Shown: positions 1 through 8,744 of the stretch, in pieces
Layout of the letters: each line of letters begins with the position of its first letter
Numbering within the stretch: the stretch's first letter is position 1
Source: Vulcanimicrobiota bacterium
GTDB taxonomy: Bacteria; Vulcanimicrobiota; Xenobia; Xenobiales; JADMJV01
NCBI GenBank assembly: GCA_019637395.1
Contig: JAHBVR010000012.1
Coordinates: 129,842 to 193,841, forward strand
Reading direction: 5' to 3'
Length of the DNA: 64,000 nucleotides
Translations under genes and position numbers: made by a program
Notes under the pieces: generated by a model
Databases searched by the model: none
Told to the model about the DNA's origin: nothing
What the model saw: only the letters and a program-made list of their open reading frames with translations

Positions 1-382
1 TGACGCTCTGGCCGACATTGGCTCCCGTGCCGGCCTGGCCGTGAAAGAAACTGCGAATCTGGCGGTGCTGCTCGCTGATCTCCTGATGGATGCCGTCCAC
101 ATAGATGACCACGCGGCCGTCGGCGTTCACGGCCGAGTCGGGGATATCGGCCGGCAGCTCGGGTTTGGTCTGGCCCGACAGCTTGAGAACGTTAATCTCA
201 CCATTCTGCCTCTGCTCGTAGACGATGCCCTTATGGTCAATCGGCTCTTCCTCGGTGCTCTCGCGCGCCTGAATATAGTCGGCGCTGAGGGCGATGTCCT
301 CGGGCAGGTCCGGCTTGACCGGCGGTGGAGCTTTCGGCCTGGAGAAAAGCTGGGGAGCGGGAGCCTGTAATTTCACCCCCAT
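1..382 (-). CDS. hypothetical protein, N-terminal part only (gene runs off the window edge)
   Basis: Unlisted minus-strand reading frame with ATG at 382-380 (MGVKLQAPAPQLFSRPKAPP...GRVVIYVDGIHQEISEQHRQIRSFFHGQAG...) open to position 1; GC3-rich codons. The listed ORFs 41..370(+) and 237..428(-) look like out-of-frame shadows of this gene. Confidence 0.5.
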   Translation of the reverse strand, partial: MGVKLQAPAPQLFSRPKAPPPVKPDLPEDIALSADYIQARESTEEEPIDHKGIVYEQRQNGEINVLKLSGQTKPELPADIPDSAVNADGRVVIYVDGIHQEISEQHRQIRSFFHGQAGTGANVGQSV

Positions 383-469
383 AGCATGAAGCATCGGCCC
401 GGCCGGCGTCAGGCATGATTTGTAACAACTTGGGAAGGCTCCACGCCTTGGAAACAGGAAGTCCAGTCG

Positions 470-1420
470 ATGTCCCTGGCCCAGCTCCCCTTTGTGGAAG
501 CCCTCCAGCCTTGCCAGCGCATTCTCATCGCCGGTGCCGGCGGCGGTTTTGACGTGGTGGCGGGACTGCCGCTCTACGAATATCTGATGGCCCAGGGCAA
601 ACAGGTATGGCTGGCCAGTCTGTCTTTTTCCGAGCTGACCAGGGCCCGGGGGCGCAAACTGGGAGCCTACATCGTGGAAGTCGACGCCGACTCGGGCGGA
701 GACGACGATTATTTCCCCGAGCGTTACCTCAGTGAATGGCTGGGAGTGGGCGGAGAATATGTTCCTGTCTACTCCTACAAAGCGGTCGGGCCGATGGTCA
801 TGCTGGAAATCTACCAGCAACTGGCCAAAGAGTTCGAGTTGGACACCCTGATCCTGGTCGATGGCGGCACCGACATCTTGATGCGCGGCGACGAGCCGGC
901 CCTGGGCACTCCCATGGAGGATATGTGCAGTCTGGCCGCCGCCGATATGCTGGAAGTGCCCCATAAATTCGTGGTCTGTCTGGGTTTCGGCGTGGACGTC
1001 TTTCACGAGGTCTGTCATCACTATGTGCTCGAGGCCATCGCCGACCTGACCCGTCACGGGGAATATCTCGGGGCCTTCTCGTTGACGGCCGATATGCCCG
1101 AGTTTCAAGCTCTGGTGGAGGCCGTCGACTACATCTGCAGGCGCACTCCCGGCAAGGAGTCCATCGTCATGACCTCGGTGGTGGCGGCCGGACGCGGCTG
1201 CTTTGGCGACTTTCACCCTACCGAACGCACCAGGGACAACAAGTTATTCCTCAATCCGCTGATGTCGATGTATTTTTGTTTTCAACTGAGCGGACTGGCG
1301 CGGCGCTGCTTGTACCTGGATTATCTGAAAGACAAATATGGTCGCTGGGAAGTACACCGGGGCATCTGCAATTTTCTCAGCACAATTACTCCTAGAGAAT
1401 GGAAGCGTTTACCGTTGTGA
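470..1420 (+). CDS. uncharacterised protein with N-terminal glycine-rich GxGGGxD loop (possibly DUF1152-like)
   Basis: 316-aa ORF. Motifs RILIAGAGGGFDVVAGLP and LILVDGGTDILMRGDE suggest a phosphate/nucleotide-binding fold. Its stop overlaps the next gene (TGATG at 1418-1422). Family assignment from memory only, low certainty. Confidence 0.6.
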   Translation: MSLAQLPFVEALQPCQRILIAGAGGGFDVVAGLPLYEYLMAQGKQVWLASLSFSELTRARGRKLGAYIVEVDADSGGDDDYFPERYLSEWLGVGGEYVPVYSYKAVGPMVMLEIYQQLAKEFELDTLILVDGGTDILMRGDEPALGTPMEDMCSLAAADMLEVPHKFVVCLGFGVDVFHEVCHHYVLEAIADLTRHGEYLGAFSLTADMPEFQALVEAVDYICRRTPGKESIVMTSVVAAGRGCFGDFHPTERTRDNKLFLNPLMSMYFCFQLSGLARRCLYLDYLKDKYGRWEVHRGICNFLSTITPREWKRLPL

Positions 1421-1437
1421 TGGAGAAGGCCCCGCCC

Positions 1438-2805
1438 ATGTCGGCCCCCCAACTTGAATTCTACTCCTCGATCGTGGTCCTCACCGGTTCCGGCCTGTCC
1501 GCCCGCTCAGGCGTGCCCGTCGACCCGGACCTGGGCCAAGACGGCGATTGGTCTTCGCTTTACCCCGTTCACATGTTGGCTTTGCAGGCCCAGCCGAACG
1601 ACTGCCACCTGGCCCTGGCCGAATGGGAAAAACGCGTGCTCGAACGGCGCGGCCAGTTCACCCTGCTCACTCACAACACCGACGGCCTGCATCAGCGCGC
1701 CGGTAGCCAAAACGTGGTGGAATTGAATGGCTCCATGCACCGCCTGCGCTGCGCGGAGTGCGATTGGAACGAAGACCGCTTCTGGGAACTCCCGCTACCC
1801 GGATGCCCCCATTGCGGCGGCCAGACCCGCCCCGACGTGGCCGGGTTCGGCCGGGCCGCTCCCAGTCAGGCCGAATGGTCGGCCCAGCGAGCCCTGCGCC
1901 GCTGCGATCTTTTTCTGGCCCTGGCCGTCAGCGAGAATACTCCGCGCGTCAGCGATTTTGCCCATCTGGCGCACTTTGCCAAAGCCCGCAACGTGCTGGT
2001 CAGCCTGGACCATACCCCCCTGCTGGCCGAGGAATTCGACGAGGTCCACGATGCCTCGGCGGAAGATTTCGTGGAGGAAATCTGGAAGAGCGCTCAAGCC
2101 CTTAAACAGCCCAACCGACTGATGCCCCTCAGTCCTCCCGATAGCCCCAACGCACCCCAGGAAATCGCCGATCTGAAGCCGTTGCAGAAATCCTTCACTT
2201 CCGGCTACCTGGCCATCTACGATATCGCCGACTTCAAGACACGTAACCATCTGCTGGGGCACGCCCAGGGCGATCAGGATCTGGAAGAATTTTCCCAGGT
2301 GGCCGCGGCCGTGGGGGTGCAGGCCTGCATGCGCTATTCTCAAGACCAGTTCGTGGTCCTCAGCCCCCGGCTGGAAACTCTGGAGGCGCTCCAGGTGACT
2401 TATGCCAAAGAACAGGAAGTGCGTTCGGGTTATCGGGCCCTGGCCTGCCGCGCCGGCCATCTGCGCAGCCAGGTCATCACTCACAATCTGCGCCTGCGCC
2501 GAGGGGTGCGCGTTGCCTATGTGATGGTCTTCCGGGGTCAGGCGCTGGATGACGCCGCCGCCCAGGTGGCCGAGCGCATCAAACTGGCTCCCATCGACCA
2601 GCTGGTGCCCCTGAACGAGATCCAGGAATCCCCCTACCGGCCCTTCTCCGCCTTGATCGGCGAGTTCTCGGTGCTGCAGTGCCCTTTCTGCGAAGGCACC
2701 GAATTCGAATGGAACTCCGAAGACGTGGCCCACTTCGGACGCGAGGGCAAGTGCCGCCACTGCGGTAGCGACGTGGAATTCGAGAACTTCACGGAAAGCG
2801 CGTGA
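1438..2805 (+). CDS. sirtuin (SIR2)-family domain fused to degenerate GGDEF-like domain and C-terminal Cys4 zinc ribbon
   Basis: Sirtuin motifs VVLTGSGLSARSGVP (GAGIS-like), THNTDGLHQRAGS (TQNIDxLH), zinc tetrad RCAEC...CPHCGG, RPDVAGFG, but the ELHG catalytic His reads ELNG. Followed by YDIADFKTRNHLLGHAQGD...RYSQDQFVVL (GGDEF fold with GGDEF->SQDQF) and CPFCEG...CRHCGS. Start chosen at ATG 1438 (GGAGAAGG SD 8 nt upstream); alternative in-frame starts at 1399/1420. Confidence 0.8.
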   Translation: MSAPQLEFYSSIVVLTGSGLSARSGVPVDPDLGQDGDWSSLYPVHMLALQAQPNDCHLALAEWEKRVLERRGQFTLLTHNTDGLHQRAGSQNVVELNGSMHRLRCAECDWNEDRFWELPLPGCPHCGGQTRPDVAGFGRAAPSQAEWSAQRALRRCDLFLALAVSENTPRVSDFAHLAHFAKARNVLVSLDHTPLLAEEFDEVHDASAEDFVEEIWKSAQALKQPNRLMPLSPPDSPNAPQEIADLKPLQKSFTSGYLAIYDIADFKTRNHLLGHAQGDQDLEEFSQVAAAVGVQACMRYSQDQFVVLSPRLETLEALQVTYAKEQEVRSGYRALACRAGHLRSQVITHNLRLRRGVRVAYVMVFRGQALDDAAAQVAERIKLAPIDQLVPLNEIQESPYRPFSALIGEFSVLQCPFCEGTEFEWNSEDVAHFGREGKCRHCGSDVEFENFTESA

Positions 2806-3245
2806 AGCTGCTGTTTTTTTTGCTGCTCTGCCACGGCTGCGGTCAGTTTTCCACCCGGCTGGCCCTACCGGCTCTCCGCGACTGGTTTCCCCACCTGAAA
2901 AAACCCGACTGGCACCCGCCCGCCTGGGTCTTTGGTAAGGTCTGGTTGCTCCTCTACACACTCATGGGCGTGGCCGGTTGGCGACTTTATTGCGCGAAAT
3001 CAAGTCTGCTGGTGCTCTGGCTGGCCCAGTTGGGCTTCAACCAGCTCTGGACCTATCTTTTCTTCGTCCTCAGGTCCCCCGGCTTAGCTTTAATCGACAA
3101 TTTCTGCCTGTGGATCACGCTGGGAGTTTATGTGATCCTGTGCTGGCCGCTCGACCCGGTAGCCGCCGTCCTGTTGGTGCCGGAATGGCTTTGGATCGGC
3201 TTCGCCAGCACCGTCAACTACGCCACTTGGAAGCTGAATCGTTAA
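2802..3245 (+). CDS. tspO: TspO/MBR family tryptophan-rich sensory protein
   Basis: 147 aa, 5 predicted TM helices, Trp-rich; motifs LKKPDWHPPAWVFGKVWLLLYTLMGVAGW typical of TspO. GTG start overlaps the upstream stop (GTGA at 2802-2805). Confidence 0.85.
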   Translation: MKLLFFLLLCHGCGQFSTRLALPALRDWFPHLKKPDWHPPAWVFGKVWLLLYTLMGVAGWRLYCAKSSLLVLWLAQLGFNQLWTYLFFVLRSPGLALIDNFCLWITLGVYVILCWPLDPVAAVLLVPEWLWIGFASTVNYATWKLNR

Positions 3246-3282
3246 GAGGTATTCAGGTCCGCTTTCGGAATCTCGGGCATCC

Positions 3283-4209
3283 ATGATTTCATCGGCGGAC
3301 CCGATCGCGGCCACCTTCGAGTTTGTGCCGCTGCAGGAATGCCCGCTGTGCGGCCATCCGGAACGTTCTCCGGCCTATCAGCGCAGCTACCAGGGATTGG
3401 AGATCCGCTGGGAGCGCTGCCGGGCCTGTCGTTTCGTATTTCAAAACCCCAAGTTGAGCCGCGCATCGCTCAATTCCATCTATCGCTCCTCCACCTACTG
3501 GAATGTGCAGAAGATGGAGACGCGTAGCGGCCTGCGGCTGGGCTATAGCGACTACGCCAGGGGGGAAGCCTACCGTCTGCGCCAGTCGCGCTGGCGCCTG
3601 CGTCAGATTCACCGCTTCGTGCCTGCGGGTTCGCGCTGGCTGGACGTGGCCTGCGCCACCGGCTTTTTCGTCAAGACTCTGGTGGACGCCGGCATGCAGG
3701 CCTGGGGCGTGGAGCTTTCGGAGCAGATGGCCAGCTACGGTATCGAGCGCTACGGGGTTGACATCGAAGCCCGCGATTTCGACAGCTACACGCCTCCCGG
3801 CCCGCCCCTGCGAGCTCTCTCCATCTGGGGGGCCGATTCGAACTTTTATGACCCGGTGGAGACTTATCGGCACGCCAACCGAATGCTGGGCCCGGACGGC
3901 TGGCTCTTCTTCAACTTCTGGGACTTCGATCACCTCATCCGGCCGCTGCTGGGCGAATTCAAGATCGGCCTGAACGGGCTCTACCAGTTGAATCGCACGA
4001 ACGTCCACCTGTTGCTGGAAAAATCCGGCTTCCAGGCCGAGCTGGTCAAGATGGAGTGGTCGTTTGCCTCGCTGGAAGCCATCCTCTCCCTGACCGGCCG
4101 CTTCCTGCCCTTGCAATGGCTGGGCCATCTGTCCCTGGCCCGGGCCATCTTCCAGCTGCCCACCTTCAGCGGCTTCCTGGTCGCCGCGCGCAAAATCCGT
4201 GAAGCTTAA
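3283..4209 (+). CDS. class I SAM-dependent methyltransferase with N-terminal Cys4 zinc ribbon
   Basis: CPLCGH...CRAC zinc-ribbon followed by motif I LDVACATGFF and a Rossmann-fold MTase core (Methyltransf_13-like architecture). Confidence 0.75.
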   Translation: MISSADPIAATFEFVPLQECPLCGHPERSPAYQRSYQGLEIRWERCRACRFVFQNPKLSRASLNSIYRSSTYWNVQKMETRSGLRLGYSDYARGEAYRLRQSRWRLRQIHRFVPAGSRWLDVACATGFFVKTLVDAGMQAWGVELSEQMASYGIERYGVDIEARDFDSYTPPGPPLRALSIWGADSNFYDPVETYRHANRMLGPDGWLFFNFWDFDHLIRPLLGEFKIGLNGLYQLNRTNVHLLLEKSGFQAELVKMEWSFASLEAILSLTGRFLPLQWLGHLSLARAIFQLPTFSGFLVAARKIREA

Positions 4210-5473
4210 AGGGCTTGCCGCCGCGCTGCTCTTAGCCACCGGGACGGTCTGGGCCCAACCGCATATCCAGATTCGTTTTGAAGCGGGCTCTCAGCGAGCC
4301 TTTCTGGAGGCCGACCCGCTGCCCACGCGTCTGGCCGCCATGCTCAACCGTCAGATCCAGCTGCCCCGCGATTTGCCCATCGTCTATCGCGACGATCGGG
4401 CCGTCAATGCCTGGTACAGTCCCAACAACCACAGCATCACCGTCAGTTATCGGCTGGCCGAGGTATTACGCGGGCAAATGGAGGCCGAGAGCGCTCGCGG
4501 AGCGATGGACTTTATCCTGATGCACGAACTGGGCCACGCTTTAATCGGCGAACTCGACCTGCCTCAGGTCGGCAGTGAGGAAAATGCCGCCGACGAGTTC
4601 ACCACGCTAGTGTGCGCCCAGGCCCTGGGAGAAGAAGGCCGCCGGGTGGCGCTGGCGGGAGCCCGGGCTTTCTGGTTGTTGGGGGATGGGCAATACAACC
4701 TGGCCGCGCTCCCCTTTTACGATGAGCACCGGTTGGAACGGCAGAGGTTCTATACGATTCTGGCCAATCTGGGGGCAGCTGATCCCGCTCTGCGGCCGTC
4801 CCTCGCTCCAATCGTCCCGTACACCCGGCTGCGCGAGGCTCAAGAGAGTTATCCCGGCAAGGTCGACCGCTGGCAGCGCCTGCTGGCCGGAAGCGTGGAA
4901 ACGGTGGCGCCCGGGTCCGGAAAGCTGAAGATTCAGGCTATCGCGCCGCTGCCATTGGCCCGGCTGGCCGGCATTCTCGAGCGCTCTTATCGCTTACCGC
5001 GCGACTGGGTGGTCGAGCAGCGCGACGCGCGCACCCAATTCCTGCCCCTGAGCGGCTATCTGGTCTATGCGGCGGGGGCGAGTGCCGAGGACTTTCTGCT
5101 GGCCTTCTGTTACGGACTGATTAGCGATCTGAAGCTACCCTACACAGGCGAACTCGGAGATGCGGCCGCCGAACTGGCGGCGGTGCTGATGGCCGGTCGC
5201 TCGGACCTGCGCCCTCTGGCCCGATCCGCGCTGGCCCGTTACGAGCAACTGGGCCGGGCCCACAAGAGCGTGCTGGATGTGCAATATTGGGACGCCACCG
5301 CCCAACCCGAGCAACGCTATTTCCAGATGCTCGGCTACCTCTATTGTCAGGACCCCGCCGGCTACCCGGAAGCCAGAACCCGCATCCCCGCGAAACGCCT
5401 TCGCTCGATAGGCTTCGAATATCCCCGCAAAAAGCGCAACTGGGCCCGTCTTCTAAGTCCTTACCAGCGCTAA
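4199..5473 (+). CDS. secreted putative zinc metallopeptidase (DUF4344-like, HExxH)
   Basis: GTG start; signal peptide MKLKGLAAALLLATGTVWAQP; LMHELGHALIGELD...EENAADEFT (HExxH + downstream E) as in DUF4344 putative metallopeptidases. Overlaps upstream MTase stop by 11 nt. Confidence 0.65.
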   Translation: MKLKGLAAALLLATGTVWAQPHIQIRFEAGSQRAFLEADPLPTRLAAMLNRQIQLPRDLPIVYRDDRAVNAWYSPNNHSITVSYRLAEVLRGQMEAESARGAMDFILMHELGHALIGELDLPQVGSEENAADEFTTLVCAQALGEEGRRVALAGARAFWLLGDGQYNLAALPFYDEHRLERQRFYTILANLGAADPALRPSLAPIVPYTRLREAQESYPGKVDRWQRLLAGSVETVAPGSGKLKIQAIAPLPLARLAGILERSYRLPRDWVVEQRDARTQFLPLSGYLVYAAGASAEDFLLAFCYGLISDLKLPYTGELGDAAAELAAVLMAGRSDLRPLARSALARYEQLGRAHKSVLDVQYWDATAQPEQRYFQMLGYLYCQDPAGYPEARTRIPAKRLRSIGFEYPRKKRNWARLLSPYQR

Positions 5474-6642
5474 GCGGACTTTTTAGCTTCCTCGGCTTCC
5501 CGCTTCATTTGCAAGGCCCGCTTGACGGCTTTGCCCGGGTCGACCAGGCCGGCGCCGCCGAGGATGCCGGGGGTGTCTTTCATGCCTTCGGCGGTCTCGA
5601 TCAGCACCTGCTTGACCTGGGCCGGCGTGAGGTCGGGGTTGGCCTGCATGACCAGAGCGGCGCAGCCGGCCGTGGTCGGCGTGGCCATGCTGGTGCCGGA
5701 GAGCAGGCAGTAGTAAGGCGGCAACTTGGTGACGTCGGCGTCCTGCAGCTCCGAATTGGGCGCCAGGAAGCTGACCATATTGACGCCGGGAGCGGCAATG
5801 TCGGGCTTGACCAGACCGTCGCGGGTGGTGGGACCGCGGCTGGAGAAGAAGGCCATGGTGTCGTCTTCGTGGCCGGGAGTGTTCTTGTCGTCATAAGCAC
5901 CGACCGTCAGCGCATCTTTGGTGATAGCCGGGGTGCCGATGGTCTTAACGCCGGGACCGGAGTTGCCGGCCGCGATGATGGGCATCAAACCGGCCTTGAT
6001 GGCGTCGTTGACGGCCTGGGCGATGACGTCGTGCTGCTCGTGCAGGTTGGCGTTGGCTCCCAGGGACATGCTCAGCACTTTGATGCCCAGGCGATCTTTG
6101 TTGTCGATGCACCAGCGGATGCCGCGCGCGATGTTGGACAGCGAACCACCGCCCTCGCCGCCGAGCACTTTGACGCCGACGATGTTGGCTTCATAAGCCG
6201 GACCCTTGAATTTACCGCCGGCCTTGGTGCCGTCGCCGGCCACCAGGCCCGCGCAGTGACTGCCGTGGCCGTTGTCGTCGTAGGCGTTCTCGACGCCGTC
6301 TTTGCCACCGCAGAAATCCTTGAACTCGATGAGGCGGTCACCCAGGTCCGGGTGCGGAGCCACGCCGGTGTCGATGACGGCCACCGTCACGCCTTTGCCG
6401 GTGATGCCCATGTTCCAGGCATCCTGGACCGTCAACACTTCCTTGATGGAGTCGATGCGGTCGGCCGGGCGGGGCAGCGCGTAGGCCAGCGGAGTCAGCT
6501 CCATCGGGGTATGGATGCCGGCTTCGTAGCTCTGGATGAACACTTCGTCCTTGGGCTCGTGAGCTACCGAGGCGGGAGCGTGGAGCTTCTGGGCGTTCTT
6601 GAGCGCTTGCCACTGAGGCGTCTGGTTGGCCTGAACTTGCAT
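5470..6642 (-). CDS. subtilisin-like serine peptidase (S8 family), no obvious signal peptide
   Basis: Catalytic triad motifs VAVIDTGV (Asp), HGSHCAG (His), GTSMATP (Ser). Start set at ATG 6642 (MQVQANQ...) with GGAGG 5 nt upstream; the longer listed ORF start (6759) lacks an RBS. Confidence 0.85.
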   Translation of the reverse strand: MQVQANQTPQWQALKNAQKLHAPASVAHEPKDEVFIQSYEAGIHTPMELTPLAYALPRPADRIDSIKEVLTVQDAWNMGITGKGVTVAVIDTGVAPHPDLGDRLIEFKDFCGGKDGVENAYDDNGHGSHCAGLVAGDGTKAGGKFKGPAYEANIVGVKVLGGEGGGSLSNIARGIRWCIDNKDRLGIKVLSMSLGANANLHEQHDVIAQAVNDAIKAGLMPIIAAGNSGPGVKTIGTPAITKDALTVGAYDDKNTPGHEDDTMAFFSSRGPTTRDGLVKPDIAAPGVNMVSFLAPNSELQDADVTKLPPYYCLLSGTSMATPTTAGCAALVMQANPDLTPAQVKQVLIETAEGMKDTPGILGGAGLVDPGKAVKRALQMKREAEEAKKSA

Positions 6643-6818
6643 GGGTTCCTCCGAAAATTGTTCCGCCGACACCATAGCAAGACCCCCACTACGGAAATGG
6701 AACCAGAGTGTTAACAAGACGCCACCTGTGAACTTGCTCGCCGTGTAACATCGCGGCAAAACCTATTTCCCGGAGGGAGTCCTATACTGCCATCACATAC
6801 ATAGGAGGCACACCCCTC

Positions 6819-8744
6819 ATGAAGGTCCAGTCCGTCAACTACCAGATCGCCAGCAACAAACCGGTCGCCACCAAGGCGCCCGCCCCCAAGACCGAGTCCA
6901 CCCCGGTTTCCAAAGAACCGATGGATGTCGGCACCATTGCTGAGAAAAAGGACTGGACCGTGCTGGTCTACTTGAATGGCAACAACGCCACCGCCAGCCA
7001 GGCCGTGACCACGATGCGCCAGCTCGAGTTCGTGGGCAGCAACGACAAGATGCATATGGCCGCCCAATTGGCCCGCCCCAAAGCGCTTTTGGACAAGTGG
7101 TCGCACGACTGGAACGGGGTGCGCCGCTATGAGGTCAAGCACAACGGACAGGAATTCAACGCGGGCGCGGTGGTCATCGACGGGCTGACCGGCTTTCTAC
7201 CGGGCAAAACCAAAGGCATTAAATCCGATGTGCTCAAGGATATGGGCGACGTGGACATGGGCAAAGCCCAGACCCTGGCCGAATTCCTCGAGTGGGGTGT
7301 CACAAAATACCCGGCCAAGAATTACATGGTGGTGATGCAGGGCCCCTCGGAAGGCGTCTCCGGCATGATGCACGACGTGCTCCACGACTCGCAGATGAGC
7401 GTGGCCGACCTGGGCGCCGCCTTCAAGCAAGTGCACGAGAAGACCGGCAAGAAAATCGACATTGTGGCCCTCAATGGTTCGGCCACCAATTCCTTGGAGG
7501 TGGCCAACGAACTGAAGGACCACGCCAGGCTGCTGGTCGGCTCGCAGGACATCCAGAGCGGGCAGTCGATGCCCCTGGCCATGGTGATGAACGAAATCGC
7601 CAACGTCAGCAAGGACGGCGAACAGAGCCCGCTGACCGTGGCCCAGTACATGTTGCTGATGAATTCGATGGCTCCCGGCGCGCTCTCCATCGTCGACCTG
7701 GACAAAATCGGGCCGGCCAAAGAAGCCTGGAACGATCTCGCCAAAAATCTAATCTCCGCCGGAGTCAGCCGCGACCAGTTGCACAGCATTCTGGAAAAGA
7801 CTCAGGATTTCCAGGGCGCCTCCAAGAACAGCGCCTATGGTAATAGCCGCGACGCCATTCACTTCGCCAAACTGGTCGGCGAAGAAGTGGCCGACGACAA
7901 AGTCAAAGCCGCCGCCGCCAAGGCCGTGGAAGCTCTGGAAGCCTCACTGGTCGGCGACGTGGCCAACGGCAAGCGCATGGAAGAAGCCAACGGTATCTCC
8001 GTCTTCGCCCCCACCAACTATGGTTTCATGCGCCCCGACGGCACCCCCGTCATCAAAGACTCGCTGCGCGACGCCGAGTATTCCAAGACCAACTTCGCTC
8101 AGGAAACCCAGTGGGACGAGCTGCTCAGCGGCGCCGCCAAAGACGGCAAGCTGAACAACACGCTGAAGAAGTTCGGCCTTTCCGAGAATGGCGTGGACAA
8201 AGCCCACGGCCTTTACCACCAGCACATCGGCAAAGTCAATGCAGCCCTCGGATTCGCCGGCATGGCCGGTTACATGAACGGCATCCAGGCCTGGCGCGGA
8301 GCCGACCCCAACGGCTTTATGCTGCTCGGACCGCAGACGGCCGTCTACGCCGGTGTGGTGGGTGCCGGCAACGAAGCCCTCAAAGGCGTGGGCCGTATCA
8401 TCAACGGCGCGGCCAATCTCAAAGACGGCGGCGAAGTGGCCCAGGGTGCCTTCGACGTGGCTTCGGCGGCCGCCAAGGGCGTGGCTAACCTGGGCTACAT
8501 CGTGCCGGCCCTCAAGCCCTACGCCCAGACGGCCGGCATGCTGATGTTCATGTCGCCCTGGCTGCGCAACATCTACGGCGTCTACGATCAGTACAAATCG
8601 ATCAAGGACGGCGTGGAACTGGGCATCGGTGATAACAAAATGTCCACCACCCAGCAGGTGGCTGCCGCCGCCTCGCAATACTACGGCAAGCAGAATCTGC
8701 AGGACCACGCGGAACGCAGCCTGTGGCAAAAATTCGCCGGTTAG
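6819..8744 (+). CDS. clostripain-like cysteine peptidase (C11 family) with Gly/Ala-rich C-terminal region
   Basis: WTVLVYLNGNN motif and overall C11 organisation (His/Cys dyad region HD...ALNGSATNS); AGGAGG RBS upstream; C-terminal ~170 aa is Gly/Ala-rich and low complexity. Confidence 0.75.
   Translation: MKVQSVNYQIASNKPVATKAPAPKTESTPVSKEPMDVGTIAEKKDWTVLVYLNGNNATASQAVTTMRQLEFVGSNDKMHMAAQLARPKALLDKWSHDWNGVRRYEVKHNGQEFNAGAVVIDGLTGFLPGKTKGIKSDVLKDMGDVDMGKAQTLAEFLEWGVTKYPAKNYMVVMQGPSEGVSGMMHDVLHDSQMSVADLGAAFKQVHEKTGKKIDIVALNGSATNSLEVANELKDHARLLVGSQDIQSGQSMPLAMVMNEIANVSKDGEQSPLTVAQYMLLMNSMAPGALSIVDLDKIGPAKEAWNDLAKNLISAGVSRDQLHSILEKTQDFQGASKNSAYGNSRDAIHFAKLVGEEVADDKVKAAAAKAVEALEASLVGDVANGKRMEEANGISVFAPTNYGFMRPDGTPVIKDSLRDAEYSKTNFAQETQWDELLSGAAKDGKLNNTLKKFGLSENGVDKAHGLYHQHIGKVNAALGFAGMAGYMNGIQAWRGADPNGFMLLGPQTAVYAGVVGAGNEALKGVGRIINGAANLKDGGEVAQGAFDVASAAAKGVANLGYIVPALKPYAQTAGMLMFMSPWLRNIYGVYDQYKSIKDGVELGIGDNKMSTTQQVAAAASQYYGKQNLQDHAERSLWQKFAG

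Noticed and set aside
1438-2805. SIR2 domain as an anti-phage NADase (Thoeris/DSR-like defence)
   Set aside because: The domain is a canonical zinc-ribbon-containing CobB-type sirtuin fold, not the divergent defence SIR2. No TIR, HerA, pAgo or STAND partner is adjacent, and the neighbours are TspO and a methyltransferase. A signalling or sensor role fits better.
1795-2961. 388-aa minus-strand ORF
   Set aside because: Antisense to the sirtuin/GGDEF-like and tspO genes; no motifs and low-complexity composition.
3289-4239. 316-aa minus-strand ORF
   Set aside because: Antisense to the zinc-ribbon methyltransferase gene; Ala/Gly/Gln-rich low complexity.
5287-6714. 475-aa + strand ORF
   Set aside because: Antisense shadow of the subtilisin gene with low-complexity Gly/Ala/Val composition. 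The subtilisin frame has clear catalytic motifs.
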